Shown in pieces: positions 22,360 through 34,552 of a stretch of DNA of 64,000 nucleotides. A model generated the notes under the pieces. The model searched no databases and was not told the origin of the DNA. It worked only from the letters and a program-made list of their open reading frames with translations. Origin of the DNA: Chiloscyllium plagiosum (Eukaryota); NCBI RefSeq assembly GCF_004010195.1, contig NC_057751.1:2453286-2517285 (forward strand). Reading direction: 5' to 3'. Numbering within the stretch: position 1 is the stretch's first letter; every line of letters starts with the position of its first letter. Position numbers and translations under genes: made by a program.

Positions 22360-24420
22360 TCCCTGACAACATTTCTACATTGAACCTGTTAAGCTCCAAA
22401 AAATGTTATACGTTTCAAAATGGTCTCCTCTCATTCTTTGAAATTCCAGTGAACAGAAGTAGATCCAACTTACTCAACTTGTCTTCATAAGATGCTCCCT
22501 CCTTACCCAAGATCAATATCTTGAGCCTTCTCTGGACTGTCTAAAATGCAAGTATATCTTTCATTATATAAGGAACCCAAAACTGCTCGCAATATTTCAG
22601 CAATGGTCTGATGAATGCCGAATGTAGATTTAACAAGACTATTTGTATACCACACTCATCTTTGAAACAATGCGAGTTTTCCATTTGCTTCCCTATTACC
22701 TGCTTCCCTGTTCCACAGAAACATAGAAAATTGGAGTACAAGAGTGCCATTTGGACCTCAAGACTGCTCTACCATTCATTATGATCATGGTTGACCACCC
22801 AACACAGTAAGCTTTTCCTATTTTTCCCCATATCCTTTGATCCATTTAGCCCCAAATGCTATATCTCGCAACGTCTTGAAATCATACAATGTTGTGGCCT
22901 TGACTACTCTCTGCGGTAGCAAATTCCTCACCACTCTTTGGGTGAAGAAATTTATCCTCATCTCAGTCCTAAATAGTTTACTTTGTACTCTTGAACTGTG
23001 ACCCCTGGTCCTGAACTCCCCCACTTGCCCTGTCTCATTCTGTTCAAATTTTATAGGTTTTAGTTTCCTCCCTTATTCTTCTGAACTCCAGTGAAAATAA
23101 TCCTTAACGATTCAACCTCTCTTCATACATCAGGTCCCACGATCCCAGGAATCATTTTGTAAATCTTCTTTGCACTCACTCGATAGCAAGAACATTCTTC
23201 CTCACTTAAAGAGACCAAAACTGTACACGGTAGCCACATTTAATGACTTAATGCGTGAATATATCCAGGTCCCTCTGCTCCTGCACCTCCTTTAGAGTTG
23301 TCCCCTTAATTTACACTGATTCCTCATGCTCTTCCAACCAAACTTTATCTCCAATTATTTCCCAACATTAAGCTTCATCTGCTACCTATCTGCTCACCCC
23401 AATAATTTTTTTACATTCTTCTGAAGTTCTACTCTATCTTCCTTGATGGTCTCATCAAAACCTTACATAATTGCGACAAGGCACCCATGCTCCTGCACTC
23501 AAATCCTTTTGCCATGAAGACTAACTTATCATTTGCCTTCTGTACCACCTACTGCACCTGCATGCTTACCTTCAGTGACGGCATTCGTTGCACATTTTTT
23601 TCTCTCCATTTATATCATTCTGATAATAGTGAGCCTTCCTATTGTTGCCTCCAAAATGGATAACTTCTCATTTAGCCATATTATACTGCGTCTGCCACAA
23701 ATTTGCCCTTTCACTCAAGTGGTCCAAATCACACTAAAACATCTCTGCATTCGACTCATATCTACATCTCACCCAGCTTTCTGTCACCTGCAAATTTGAC
23801 AATACTACATTGAGTTCCTCCATCCAAGTCATGAATATGTATTACAGATAGCTGGGGTCCGTGCACTGATCTCTGTAGTACCCCACTCGTCACTGCCTGA
23901 CATTCAGAAGAAGACCCATTTATTCCTCCTCTTTGTTCCTCTTTGTTGGTCAGTTTTCTGTCCATCTCAATACACTACCTCCAGTCCAATTTGTTTTTAT
24001 TTTAAATACTAACCTGTTATATGGGTCTTTGTTGAAAGCCTTCTGAAAGTCCAAATCAACCATATCCACTGGCTTCTACTTATCACCTCTCTTGGTGATA
24101 TCCTGTAAGAATTCCAGTAAATTTGTCAAGCTTTATTTTCCTCTCATCTGATCTTTCTGATCCTGCTGTTGTTGTCCAAGTATTAATTCTTTTATAATGG
24201 ATTCTATAGCATTTTCCCCACTACCATATCAGGCTGACTAGTCTCTAATTCTCGGTTTTCCCTCTGTTTCCGTTTTTAAAGAGCGAGGTTGCATTAGCAA
24301 CCTTCTAATCTTTAAGAACTGTTCCCAAGTCTATAGAATCATGGAAGGCAGCCACCAATACATCCACTATTTCTCAGGCCACTTCCTTAAGTACTCTGGG
24401 ATGTAAATTATCACACTAAG
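22360..24420 (-). mobile_element. Cluster of nested, decayed CR1 LINE fragments
   Basis: RPLLKYCEQFWVP (22541-22750), 3'UTR at ~22715-22860, RTRGHS..FFTQRVV, VTSGVLQRSVHGPQL..KFAGD, FQKAFNK, HPRVLKEVA. Confidence 0.8.
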
Positions 24421-24699
24421 CCCACAGGCCATGCTGCTCACTTCATTGCTTTGAGGTGCTGATGATGATAAAACCTAGGAAAATAAACAAAATCTTCCTT
24501 TCTGAATTAAATTAATTGGATCAAATTCTTCCAATTGATGTTTTTCCACTTTCAGAATTCAACATTAATTTCAACAAGTTCCAGTCGCAAACATTGGCCC
24601 AATTTCTTCGACACAAAAGATGCTCGTAATGTTTTGCTATTGCTATTTACACTTCATCTGCTCTTATCTGTTGTTTTATTACTTGCCTTAATATCACCC

Positions 24700-25445
24700 A
24701 ATCATGTATGAAGATGGATAAATCTCCAGGTCCTGACCAGCTATGTCGAAGAACACTGCTAGAGGCTGGAGAAGAAATTGTGGGAGACTTGGCTGATATT
24801 TTTGCATCATGGTTAGCCATGGTGAGAACCCGGAAGGCTGGAGGGAAGTGACTGTTGTGTCCTTATTCAAGAAAGGCTGCAAAGAAAAACATGGGAGCGA
24901 TAGACCAGTAAGCCTAATATCTGTGGTAGGTAAGCTACTTGAGAAGATTCTGAGGGATAAGTTATGTATGTATTTGGAAAGGCAGGGTTTGATTAGGAGC
25001 AGTCAGCATGGCTTTGTGCATGCGGGATCATGCTTCACAAATTTGTTAGAGTTCTTTGATGAAGTGACCAGGAAGGTTGACGAGGGCAAGGTGGTAGACG
25101 TAGTCTATATGGATTTCTGTAAGGCCTTTGATAAGGTTCCACATGGTAAGCATCTCTGGAAGATTAGATTGCAGGGGGAGCTGGTAAATTGGATACACAA
25201 TTGGCCTGATGGTAGGAAGCAGAAGGTAACATTGGAAGGATGCTTGTCAGACTGGAGATCTGTGACTAGTGGAGTGCCTCAGGGGTTGGTGCTGGGTCCA
25301 TTGCTGTTTGTTATCTATATCAGTGATCCAGATGAAAATATACAAGGCATGATTAGTAAGTTTGCTGATGACAGTAAAATAGGCGGTCTCGTGGACAGTG
25401 AGGAAGGTTGTCAGAAATTGCAGCTGGACCTTGATCAGTGGGGGA
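24700..25445 (+). mobile_element. CR1 LINE RT fragment
   Basis: ORF 24809-25516: RPVSLISVVGKLLEKILRD, SQHGF, DFCKAFDKVPH, VTSGVPQGLVLGPLLFVIYI, KFADDSKIGG. Confidence 0.93.
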
Positions 25446-25730
25446 TCAAGTGCGGCCTCACCAATGTCTGGTATAACTGCAACATAACTTCCCAACTTCT
25501 CTATTCAATGTCCTGACTGATGAAGGCCAGTGTGCCCAAAGCCTTCTTCACTGCCCTGTCTACCTGTGACTCCACGTTCAGAGAACGTTGAACCTGAACT
25601 CCAAGGTCCCTCTGTTCCACTACACTCCTTTAGGCCCGACCATTCACCATGAAACTCCTACCTTGATTTCACTTTCCAAAATGCAAGACCTCACACTTAT
25701 CTATATTAAACTCCATTTGTCATTTCTTCT
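25446..25730 (-). mobile_element. CR1 segment inverted relative to the adjacent CR1 (its direct downstream continuation)
   Basis: The minus strand starts gaaatgacaaatggagtttaat (..QMEFN) and ends ..gtgaggccgcacttg (VRPHL). This is the part that should follow DLDQWG at 25440. Confidence 0.8.
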
Positions 25731-25762
25731 CCTGAAGAAGGGCCTGTGCCCGAAACGTCGAA
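25731..25762 (+). ncRNA. Minimal type I hammerhead ribozyme motif (helix I largely truncated)
   Basis: CUGAAGA-A-GGGC(CUGU)GCCC-GAA-ACGU-C: conserved core, 4-bp helix II, and palindromic ACGU in place of helix III. Confidence 0.6.
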
Positions 25763-25857
25763 TCTCCTGTTCCCTGGATGCTGCCTGACCTGCTGTGCTG
25801 TTCCAGCAATAAAGTTTCAACTTTGATCTCCAGCATCTGCAGACCTCACTTTCTCCT
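25731..25857 (+). mobile_element. Penelope-like terminal fragment (single arm + tail) with hammerhead motif
   Basis: Identical by eye to the arms and tail of the 5137 and 42030 copies. Starts exactly at cCTGAAGA and ends ctcactttctcct. Confidence 0.88.
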
Positions 25858-26125
25858 CTTAAAATTCTGAACCTTGTTTTCAAATCCTCCTGTGGCCTTA
25901 TCTTTCCAGAACTCTATCAAATCTTCCAAACCCACAAACCTCCAAAATATCTGCACTGTTCTATTTCGGGCCTCTTGTACTTCCAAAGCCTATTTGCACC
26001 ACCACTGGTAACTGTCCCTTCAGCTGACAGCCCCTACACTCTGACATTCCAGACCTGCATCTCCTCACCTCTCTCACTTTCATCCAGAAGACATCATAAA
26101 ACGTACTTCTTTGATCGAGCAAGTG
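25858..26125 (+). mobile_element. L2 LINE 3' fragment
   Basis: aaaattctgaaccttgttttcaaatcc...ccttcagctg...cataaaacgtacttctttgatcgagc corresponds to the FKIL..VFK...AFS..AP.LW...LKTYLF-type C-terminus. Confidence 0.65.
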
Positions 26126-26134
26126 ACTTTTTTA

Positions 26135-26535
26135 AAAAAACTTTGTTTCACAGAATCTGGCATCTCTGGAAAGGCCAGCATTTGTTGCTCATCTGTGATT
26201 GCCCTTGAACTGAATTGTTTGCTTGAATATTTCAAAGTGAAGTTAAGAGTTAGCCACACTGCTTTGTGTATGAGGTCACATGAAGGCCAGACCAGACAAG
26301 GAAGATAGATTCCCTTTCCTAGAGACCACTGTTAAATCAGATAGATTTTCATGACAATTGACAGTAGTTACATTGGTGGCTTTTATTGAGCTCACTATTA
26401 ATTCCACATTTTTAAAACTGAATTCCAATTTTACCATCTGCTAAGGGAGCATTCAGACCTTTGTTCTTAGAACATTAGCCTGGCTTTTTGAATTACTGAT
26501 CCAGTAAAGTTATCACAACTCCACTGCCTTCCCTT
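26135..26535 (-). mobile_element. tRNA-headed SINE family 'A'
   Basis: ggcatctctggaaaggccagcatttgttgctcatc..attgcccttga (tail) ... aggccagaccagacaagg...ttttaccatctgc...ccactgccttccc (head). Confidence 0.78.
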
Positions 26536-26984
26536 ACTGGTAAGCTTCTAATTTTTCTTTAAGAAAATGGGCAGGCCTTCAGATCCTGAAATGTCTGATC
26601 TTCCACTCAATTTCAAAAAATTCTACCCTGGGAGTTCATAAAATCTGGAGTTACAGCCAGTTTTTCCGAATTAGCCTTCAGAATAAGCTTCATTGGAAAA
26701 TCTAACATTGATTCTGTGAAATAACTGGTGCCCTTCAAAAAGATCAATTATCTTATAACAGAAATATAGAGCCTGAGAATTGCATGAACTCTGATCTGGA
26801 AATAAAGACAAGAGATCATAGCATGTGTTTATTGATCTTCGTTGTTACCAAAGGAAGAAACTCAGCAGGTCAGGTAGCATCTGAGAGAAACTAGAATTAA
26901 CATTTCAAGAAGCAACCCTTCCGTAGAATATCTAAGCAGACATCTGTTTACATGGTTTGATGCCAAACTTTGTGGTATCTTCTT

Positions 26985-29010
26985 TTTCTTAAGCATGTAG
27001 TAGACTCTTAACTGCCCTCTGGGTAGTTGACTCATAACTGCCCTTGCAAGCCACTGATTTGCATCAAACTTCTACACAGTCTCAACAGTGCCTCCAGATG
27101 TTCTTCCCACTGGAGGAGACAAAACAAATAATGCCACAATTGGAGCAAGTGGTGTTTGAAGGAGTGGTGGGTGGGGCACTACATTCATTGTTTGCACTTG
27201 GCCTCCACCTGGGCCTCTTAAACATGTGTAAAATAGTTTGCATCTTAATGGATGCTTCTTCTCTCACCAACTTCTTCCAGCTCCATGAATAAAACCTCTC
27301 CTTTGTCCTTACATGAACTTCACTTTCCCAAGCCACCCTCTCGCCTCTTTTGGAAATGTATGAAACACCTTGGGATCTTCTTGTCAAAGAATTTCAAGGC
27401 CCCTTTTAGCTCTCCTAATTCTTTACATTAGTTCTTTACTGCTGTCTTTGTATTTTGCAACGGATCTGTCTGACTTCAGTTTTCTAAACCTTTCATATGC
27501 TTTCTTTTCCTTTTTGACAAAACTCGCAATTTCTTGTGTCATCCTTCACTTTCACAGTTTCTGTTGAATATTGTGGTTGTTATTCTTCCTCAAATGTAAT
27601 ATTTTCAGTCAAGGACTACACTTATCCTTTTCCTTGAGCAATTTAAAACTGTTCCCAAAATGGTCCCCCAGTGTAACTTCAATCACCTGACTGGACTCAT
27701 TTACCCCACAGTAAAACCCCTTCCCTTGTTGGACTATTTACATATTGCTTCAAAATACTGTCCTGGGCACACCTACTAAATCTGCTCCCTCCACCTCCTG
27801 AGCCTCTGGCAATAAGCAAGCCCCAGTCAATATAAGGTAGAGGGTGCTTCTTTCAGGACAGTTAAAGAGATCCTTGAAGTGCTCCTTCCAATGATACTGA
27901 CTGCCTCTCTGTCCTTGATTATTGCCTCTCCATTCTAAGTTCTTAGTGGGATAGGTTGTTGAATGCTTGGACTGTAGATGGTCTTGATTTCAATGAAAAT
28001 TCCATGCATTCCAAGAGTGTTACTGGGTTGCTGAATATCCTGTACTGTTTCCACCCAACATCTGTTCTTTACATCTCAGATTATTTTTGTTCTATCTCAG
28101 CCCTCATTTGTGTGTAGATCTGCTTCCTTCATCTTGAAGTTTGATTTTGTTTCCAACTCCTAGATCTTCTGGGCATTCCTCACAAAGCAGTCTCAATGTC
28201 TCCTAGTGGAGAAATCAAGAGTCTCTTCGTACATGCTGTTTATGATGGATTTAAAGGCATACCAGGCACTAGATATTTGATGGTTCTTGTTCGTTGAGTG
28301 ATACCAGGGTGACTCTGACCTGCTTACTGATTGGATCTTTCTTTGCAAATTCCTTGACTCTTGAACAATTAATTTCCTGCAACAATGTTCCTGCTCCTGC
28401 TGTAATGTTTGAGCCAGGCCTATGGGGATTGGAGATTGATGAGGTGATGGCCAGTCCAGCAGTTGTCAGCTTCTGTCATGGTGCTGTGATGCAGACATCC
28501 TTGTTGCCCCTTGCTTGGATGATGAAGTCATCAGCAGGTGCTAATTTTGAAGTTAGCCTGTTGCTATGGTCTTGTTTCACTGATGAAATAGAATGTCCAT
28601 GATGATGAGACCATGTTTTTGGCATTTTGTTAACAGGAGTAGTCTAGTCATGTTTGTATTCCCTGTGCCTTCCTTTCCAATCATGCCTTTCCAACTTTCA
28701 TATCTCTTTCCACTTTGAACTTGAAGTCACCGAGGAGAATATGCTTGTCTCCCTCTCGGACACAAGACAATGAGCTATCAAGGCTGGTGTCGAACTTCAC
28801 TATGACCTTGTTCCTTGTATCTAGGTTTGTGGCATATGGCCTCATGATTGCAGTGTACTTCTCGGTTTGAATGAGCCAAATGATGATGAGGCGTTCATTT
28901 AGCTGACAAGTGGCTTGTTAAGGTTATTGAAGGATTACTTTTTGTGTTAAAGATGACCATGTGGGTTTGGCTTTCTTCTTCTGGCTTTCCAGGAGAAGGT
29001 GGATCCACCA
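26985..29010 (-). mobile_element. RTE-clade LINE relic, interrupted by a CR1 fragment (~27365-27835)
   Basis: Minus strand GDKHILLGDFKFKV (APE motif, ~28715-28760), WKEHF..LN (~27865-27893), and a C-terminal TCSNCGIIC zinc-knuckle-like segment (~27120-27160). Confidence 0.6.
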
Positions 29011-29844
29011 TCTTCTTATGATGTTACCTCAAAATAATTTTGTCATAATGCTCCCATGAAGTACCCTTATTGGCTTAAAGGTGATTTAAGAAAATGATGT
29101 TGTGAACGATGGTAACATTTCTTTCATTTTGCGAAGAATATTTTTCTACAGAGTACAAAATTATCTGACCTGCATTTGTTTCCCAGGTGCACAGACCACA
29201 GCTGGGAGCTTGTAATCATGGCTGCGTTGTTGCTGAAACTGAGGATTAAACTTTCATATTGCTAGTTCAATGATCAGGGGAAAACATGGAGATAGAAATC
29301 AGAGTTTGAAAGAAAGCTGGTTAGAATACTGTTGGGCAACAAATCAGGAAATGAGAAGAGAGTGTGTTTAATTTATAGCATTGAAAACAAAGCCTGAGAT
29401 GGGTTGGGAGGAAGCCTGTATTTTTCTGCTGAGGGTTTTATCAGGATCAAAGGAAATGAGAGAGACAAGGCTACAATGTCAAGCTTGTCACAAATTTTGT
29501 GTTGCTTGCTCTGGGTTTGCTTTGCTTATTCTAGAAGACAACTGCAGGCCTTTGATAATTGAGGCAGAACCATCATTCTCAGTAATGCCAATAAAAGCAG
29601 CTGACAATTAATGTGACACTTGTGACAGTTTGTTCATCACATGCTTCCATCTTTCGGTTTATAAGGTTCCTAAACACTGCCCAACTCACCCCATATTCTC
29701 AGCATCAATGGCATGAAATAATCTTTGGGGACATTTTCCATTTTTATGTACAATTCAAATTACTCAGTGATATTCCATTTTGTAGACTTTGTTATCAGAT
29801 GCACACTCTCCCTATGAAGTTTTTACACATCTTCCCATGATGCA

Positions 29845-30225
29845 GCTTCCACCAACAACTTAAGTGCAGCAGTGTGTACTATCTACAAGATGTCCTGCTG
29901 GAATTCACTTCAGACCCTAACACAATTCCTTCCAAACCCATGACCACCACCATTTAGAAGGACAAGAGCAGTTGATACATGGGAATAGCACCGTCTGCAA
30001 GTTCCCCTCCAAACCACTCACCACCCTGACTTGAGATATATCACTATTCTTTCAATATTGCTGGGTCAAAAACCTGGAATTCCTTCCCTCAGGGCATTGT
30101 GGGTCTACCCACAGTACATGGACTGCAGCAGTTCGAGAAGGCAGCTTGCCATCACTTTCTCAAGGAGCAAGTAAGGAGGGGTAGAAAATGCTGGCCAGCC
30201 AGAGATGATCAGAGTGAATGTAAAA
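29845..30225 (+). mobile_element. 3' end of a CR1/L2-group LINE (probable partner of SINE family 'A')
   Basis: AAVCTIYKMSC...PNP*PPPFRRTRAVDTWE...SFNIAGSKTWNSFP...GLQQFEKAACHHFLK, then ggagggg.tagaaaatgctggccagccagagatg, which matches the SINE tail. Confidence 0.78.
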
Positions 30226-30249
30226 ATCTTTTCAGCTGATGAAAGACTT

Positions 30250-31540
30250 GATAGGAACACAGGAATTAGGAACAGGAAGAGGTATTTCAGGCCTTCAAGC
30301 CCACTCTGCCATTGGACATGATCATGGCTAATCTCATCCTGCTTCAAACTCCAATTTCCTACCTGCTCCCTTAGCCCTTTGTCCTGCTTTTCACCAGAAA
30401 CACATCTGTTTCTTTCTTGAACCTGTTGATTGATTCTGCCTGTGCTGCAGTCTGGGCAATGAGTTCCACAGATTCTCAACCATGTGAGAGAAGTTTTGAA
30501 CCTACCTCCTCTCACTCTATATTATGATCTCTTGTTTGAGACTGTTCCACAAGCGAAATCATCTGTTCAATGTCTAAGTTTACCATTTTATCCATCTTAA
30601 TTATACCCCCCCCCCCCCCCCCCCCCACAATCTCCTGAACTCCAGTGAGTACAAGCCTCAGCTTTTCAATTGCTCCTTGTATGACAGCCTTTTCATCCCT
30701 GGAATCAATTTTGTGAACCTCCTCTGAACTGCCTCCAATGCCATCACATCCTTCCTCAAGTAAGGAGACCAAAACAGGCTACAATACTCCGGGTGTGATC
30801 TCACCAGCACCTTATATGGTTGGAACAACACTGCTTTACTTTTATGCTGCAGCCCTTTTGCAATAAATGCCAAGATTTCATCTGCCTTTCTTATTATATG
30901 CTTCGTCTGCACACCCACTTTCTGCAATTCATGCACAATGATGCCCAGATCCATCGGCACTGATGCACTTTGAATCTGCTTCCCATTTAAATAATAATTT
31001 GCCCTTTTATTTTCCAGCCAAAATGGACAACCTCACACTAATCCACATTAAGCTGCACCTACAAGATCCTGGCCCATTCTCCAATCCTTTCAATATCCAT
31101 CTCTGAATTCTTTATCTTCTCATCACAAGCTAATTTCCCATACATTTTCGAATAAACTGTGAATTTTATTATATTACACTCTGTTTCTGCTTGCAGATCA
31201 TTTGTACTGATTGTAAACAGTTGAGGTCCAAGAACTGAACCCTACGACAACCCACAATCTACAGTTGGCTATCTGAAAAAGGACCAATTTGTCCCGACCT
31301 TCTGCTTTCCATCAGTCAACCAATCCTCTATCTAAGCCAGTAATTCAATCTTCTATGTAACACCATGTCAAATGCCTTCTGGAAGTCTAGGTATATCACA
31401 TAAATAAGATCCCTGTGATTTAACTTGCTGGTTACATCCTCAAAGAACTCCAGTAAGTTTATCAAGTATGACCTGCTCTTCATGAAACTACCAACATGAA
31501 ACTGAATTGAGCTTTATTTTGCCAAGTATTCAGTTATCTC
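30250..31540 (-). mobile_element. CR1 LINE RT to 3' end
   Basis: DLGIIVH, YKVLVRSHPEYCSLFWSPYLRKDVMALEAVQRRFTKLIPG, DFQKAFD. Contains a C21 run at 30606-30626. Confidence 0.88.
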
Positions 31541-31844
31541 CTGGGTGGCACCCTGTATTGTATTGGAAGTCCATGGATGCCAAGTCTTGAATGTTCAAAG
31601 TCTGTCCCGTTTAATATGATGGCAGTGCCATACAACATGATAGAGGATCTTTTCATGAAAATGTGTCTTCATCTCCGCAAAGACTGTGTGGTAGTCATGT
31701 GTCACAAACAGACACATCTGTTGGTCATTCTTCATCTGCTACAAACCAAGTGTTGCAGCCGTATCCTTTTTGTACAGGAAATATCCAGACATGGTGATGT
31801 TGCTGGAGAGGATAATGTCTGTAAGTTCTGCTTCCATAAAGGTG

Positions 31845-32240
31845 ATTGTCACGTGAGATAGCAATCCCAATTTTGGTACTCACCCCCAGATTTTAAAGAG
31901 GAAGACTTAGTTGAGTCAACAGGGCTGAGTTTGCAGTTATGATTTCTGATGCTACATGGTCTGTCTGATTTCATTCCTTTTTTTTGAGACTTTTTGCAGC
32001 AGTTGTGGCTTCTTGACCATTTCAGAGGGCAGCTAAAAGTCAATCTTTGGATGATAGATTTTCTTGCCTAAACGAGAACCCGAACTCAACTTGGTTTTTG
32101 TGGTAACAGTTCCATGGTCATCATTAGACTGTTATTTTCAGGGCTTTTTTAAATTTTAATTTTACCACCCGGATGCTGAGAGCATTTCTTGGGTGTCTAG
32201 GTCATTAGACCAACACCAAGACATGACTCCATCACCTCCG
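31845..32240 (-). mobile_element. Family 'A' tRNA-like head and body continuing into an APE-like ORF start (5' end of a LINE?)
   Basis: After ...gctgccctctgaaatgg the minus strand does not go to the SINE tail. It continues to 'KVFLFKIWG*VPKLGLLSH', which resembles APE motif I (N-I-x-G-L..K..EL). Confidence 0.55.
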
Positions 32241-32845
32241 CATTATGCTTCAGTTATTGAGGGTATTGGTGAGACCAGATCTGGATTACTATGTACAGTA
32301 TTGGTCTCTTTATTTAGGGAAAGATGGCAATGTGTTGGCAGCGGTTTTGAACAGGCTTACCGGTCTAATACCTGAAATGACCAGGTTATTTTATGAGGAA
32401 TGGTTCAACAATGTAAGCTGCAGTTCAGAAGATTAAAAAGCAATTTTTCTTACAATATTAAAGATCTTTGAAAGGGTGATATGGGCAGAATATTTCCTTT
32501 TACAAATGAATCTAGAGCTAGGCAGCATTGGTTAAAAGTAAGGGATCACCCATTTAAGTCAGGGTTCAGAATAACACTTCCATGGAGGGTTGTGAGTCAC
32601 TCTTCCTGAAAACATGTTGGAAAAAGGATTAGAAAATTTTAAGGCAAAGTTTACTAGTTTTTCAAGGCCTTGCTTATCAAAAACCTCCAGGTGTGGGTTG
32701 AAGTGTGAAGTAAAAGCAAAATCCTGCAGGTGCGAGAAGTCTGAAGTAAAACCAGACAGTGCTGGGGAACTGGAGTTAGGCCACAGATCAGCCATGATCT
32801 CACTGAATGGTGGAACAAGCTCGAGGTGCTGGATGGTCCTGTTTC
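32240..32845 (+). mobile_element. CR1 LINE 3' part, old
   Basis: MLQLLRVLVRPDLDYYVQYWSLYLGKD; 3'UTR gatcagccatgatctcactgaatggtggaacaagctcgagg. Confidence 0.8.
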
Positions 32846-32924
32846 TATGTCCCTGTCTCGAAGCTCAGCAGGTCTGGCAGTACATGCACAAAGAGAAACA
32901 GAGTTAATGTTTTGAAGAGAAGCA

Positions 32925-33482
32925 TACACAGGCTGTTGGCTCGGCCACCTTTGGAATATTGCGTTCTCTTCTGGTCTTCCTGCTATCGGAAGGATCTTCT
33001 AAAATTTGAAATGTTGCCAGGGCAGGAGGGTTTGAGGTATAGGGTGGAGGTATAGGCTGAATAGGCTCGGGCTATTTTCCCTGAAGTGTCTCAGGCTGAG
33101 GGGTGACCTCATAGACATTTATAAAATCACGAAGGGCATAGATATGATGAATAGCCAAGATCTTTTCGCCATAGTGGGAGAGTCCAAAGCTAGGAGGCAT
33201 AGGTTTAGATGAAAGGGGAACGATTTAAAAGGGACATAAAGGGCAACTTCTTCACACTGAGGGTGGCGCGTGTATGGAATGAGCTGCCAGAGGAAGTGGT
33301 GGAGACTGGTACAATTTCAACATTCAAAAGGCATCTGGATGGGGATATGAATAGGAAAGGTTTAGAGGAATATGGGCCAAGTGCTGACAAATGGGCCTCG
33401 GTCAGGTTGGGATGTCTGGTCTGCGTGGACGAGTTGGAGTGAAGGGTCTGTTTCTCCATGCTGTACAATCATATGACTCTAA
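32925..33482 (+). mobile_element. CR1 (HER1-like) LINE 3' end, inserted into an old palindromic Penelope-terminus copy
   Basis: RPPLEYCVLFWS, KGERFKRDIKGNFFTLRVARVWNELPEEVVE, tail gaagggtctgtttctccatgctgtac..atgactct. The flanks 32860-32920 and 33495-33570 are the two arms of the older element. Confidence 0.85.
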
Positions 33483-33784
33483 GAAAAATTGTATTGGAAT
33501 CAAAACATGAATTCTGTTTCTCTCTCCAAAGATGCAACGATTCTACTGAGTTTCCCCAGGACTTTGTGAAATATGTAGTAATCAAATCAATGTTTTTATT
33601 GCATATTGGAGCAGGTTTGAAAGTATGAGTGGTTAACTCCTGCTTCTAAGTTCTACGTTCATTTGTCCTAATTTTTTTTTCTCTTCAAAATAACACCATT
33701 GTACCTTCGACATTCCACGAAAAAGGGAAGATGGAGTTGTGATTTAGCATCTCATGCAACAGATGTCTCTTCTGGTCTCCATAT

Positions 33785-34010
33785 TGCCCCTCACAGTACT
33801 CACTCATTACTGACCACTAACAGTGCAGCACTCACAGTATTGACTGTCATACAGCCCGAACCCTTCACTTTGTACTGCTCACTGACTCTGCAACACTCAC
33901 TCAGTTCTATGACATTGCAATGTGGCCTCAGTTCAGTCCCTCTGACAGTTCACAATATCTCAGTATTAATCCTCACAGAGCACTGCCCTGATCACCTCAG
34001 TATCCTTGTG
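33785..34010. repeat. Degenerate tandem repeat of a ~30-33 bp SINE-derived unit (acagtgcagcactc.ctcagtactgac)
   Basis: Recurrent acagt/cactc/ctcagt.t motifs directly adjoining a minus-strand Deu SINE fragment (33700-33790). Confidence 0.55.
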
Positions 34011-34329
34011 GATTGGCTGAGTTAACATTATGCACTGCAATCAACTGTAAAATCAGCTGCTTGTAGCAGCTTAAACCAAAATAAGAAATAAAATTATTTT
34101 AATTGAGTACAATTAATTAAGGAACACTGTTCACATAATGACAGAAATGTTAGTCCATGTACCTTCCAAGTTGTGTCAAAGCTGAGGTCACTCAGTGTTA
34201 ATTGCTGAGCTATCTTGTCGTCAGTTAAAGACGAATTGCTCTTCGGGTCAAATTGCAATCAGACAAATCAGTCAAATTACAATCATCCTCTTAACAACTT
34301 CTTAACATCAATTGATTAGTATTTTCTGT

Positions 34330-34552
34330 TGGGGGAGGTAGGCTCTGTTGACTGGATGGCTGGTTTGCAATGCAGAGTAATGCCAACTGTGTGGATTCAA
34401 TTCCTGCAATGATTGTGATTATTATGACTCTCCTTGTCAACCTCTCCTTTTGCCTGAGGTGAGGTGACTCTAAGGTGATGCCATCTCTAGTTGTTTATCT
34501 CTCATGAGAGAACTACATTATGTTCTAGTTGGACTATGATGACTTTACCTTG
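34330..34552 (+). mobile_element. tRNA-derived SINE family 'B' (tentatively MetaSINE-type)
   Basis: Box B ggattcaattcc, core cctctcc..ttgcctgaggtgaggtgac..aggt, tail ggactatgatgactttacct. Second copy at 47296. Confidence 0.6.

Noticed and set aside
29160..29265. Good splice acceptor (ctgac...tttgtttcccag)
   Set aside because: There is no convincing donor before stops and no recognisable peptide.
30606..30626. C21 run as a functional G-quadruplex
   Set aside because: It is a homopolymer expansion inside a dead CR1 and its length is unreliable.
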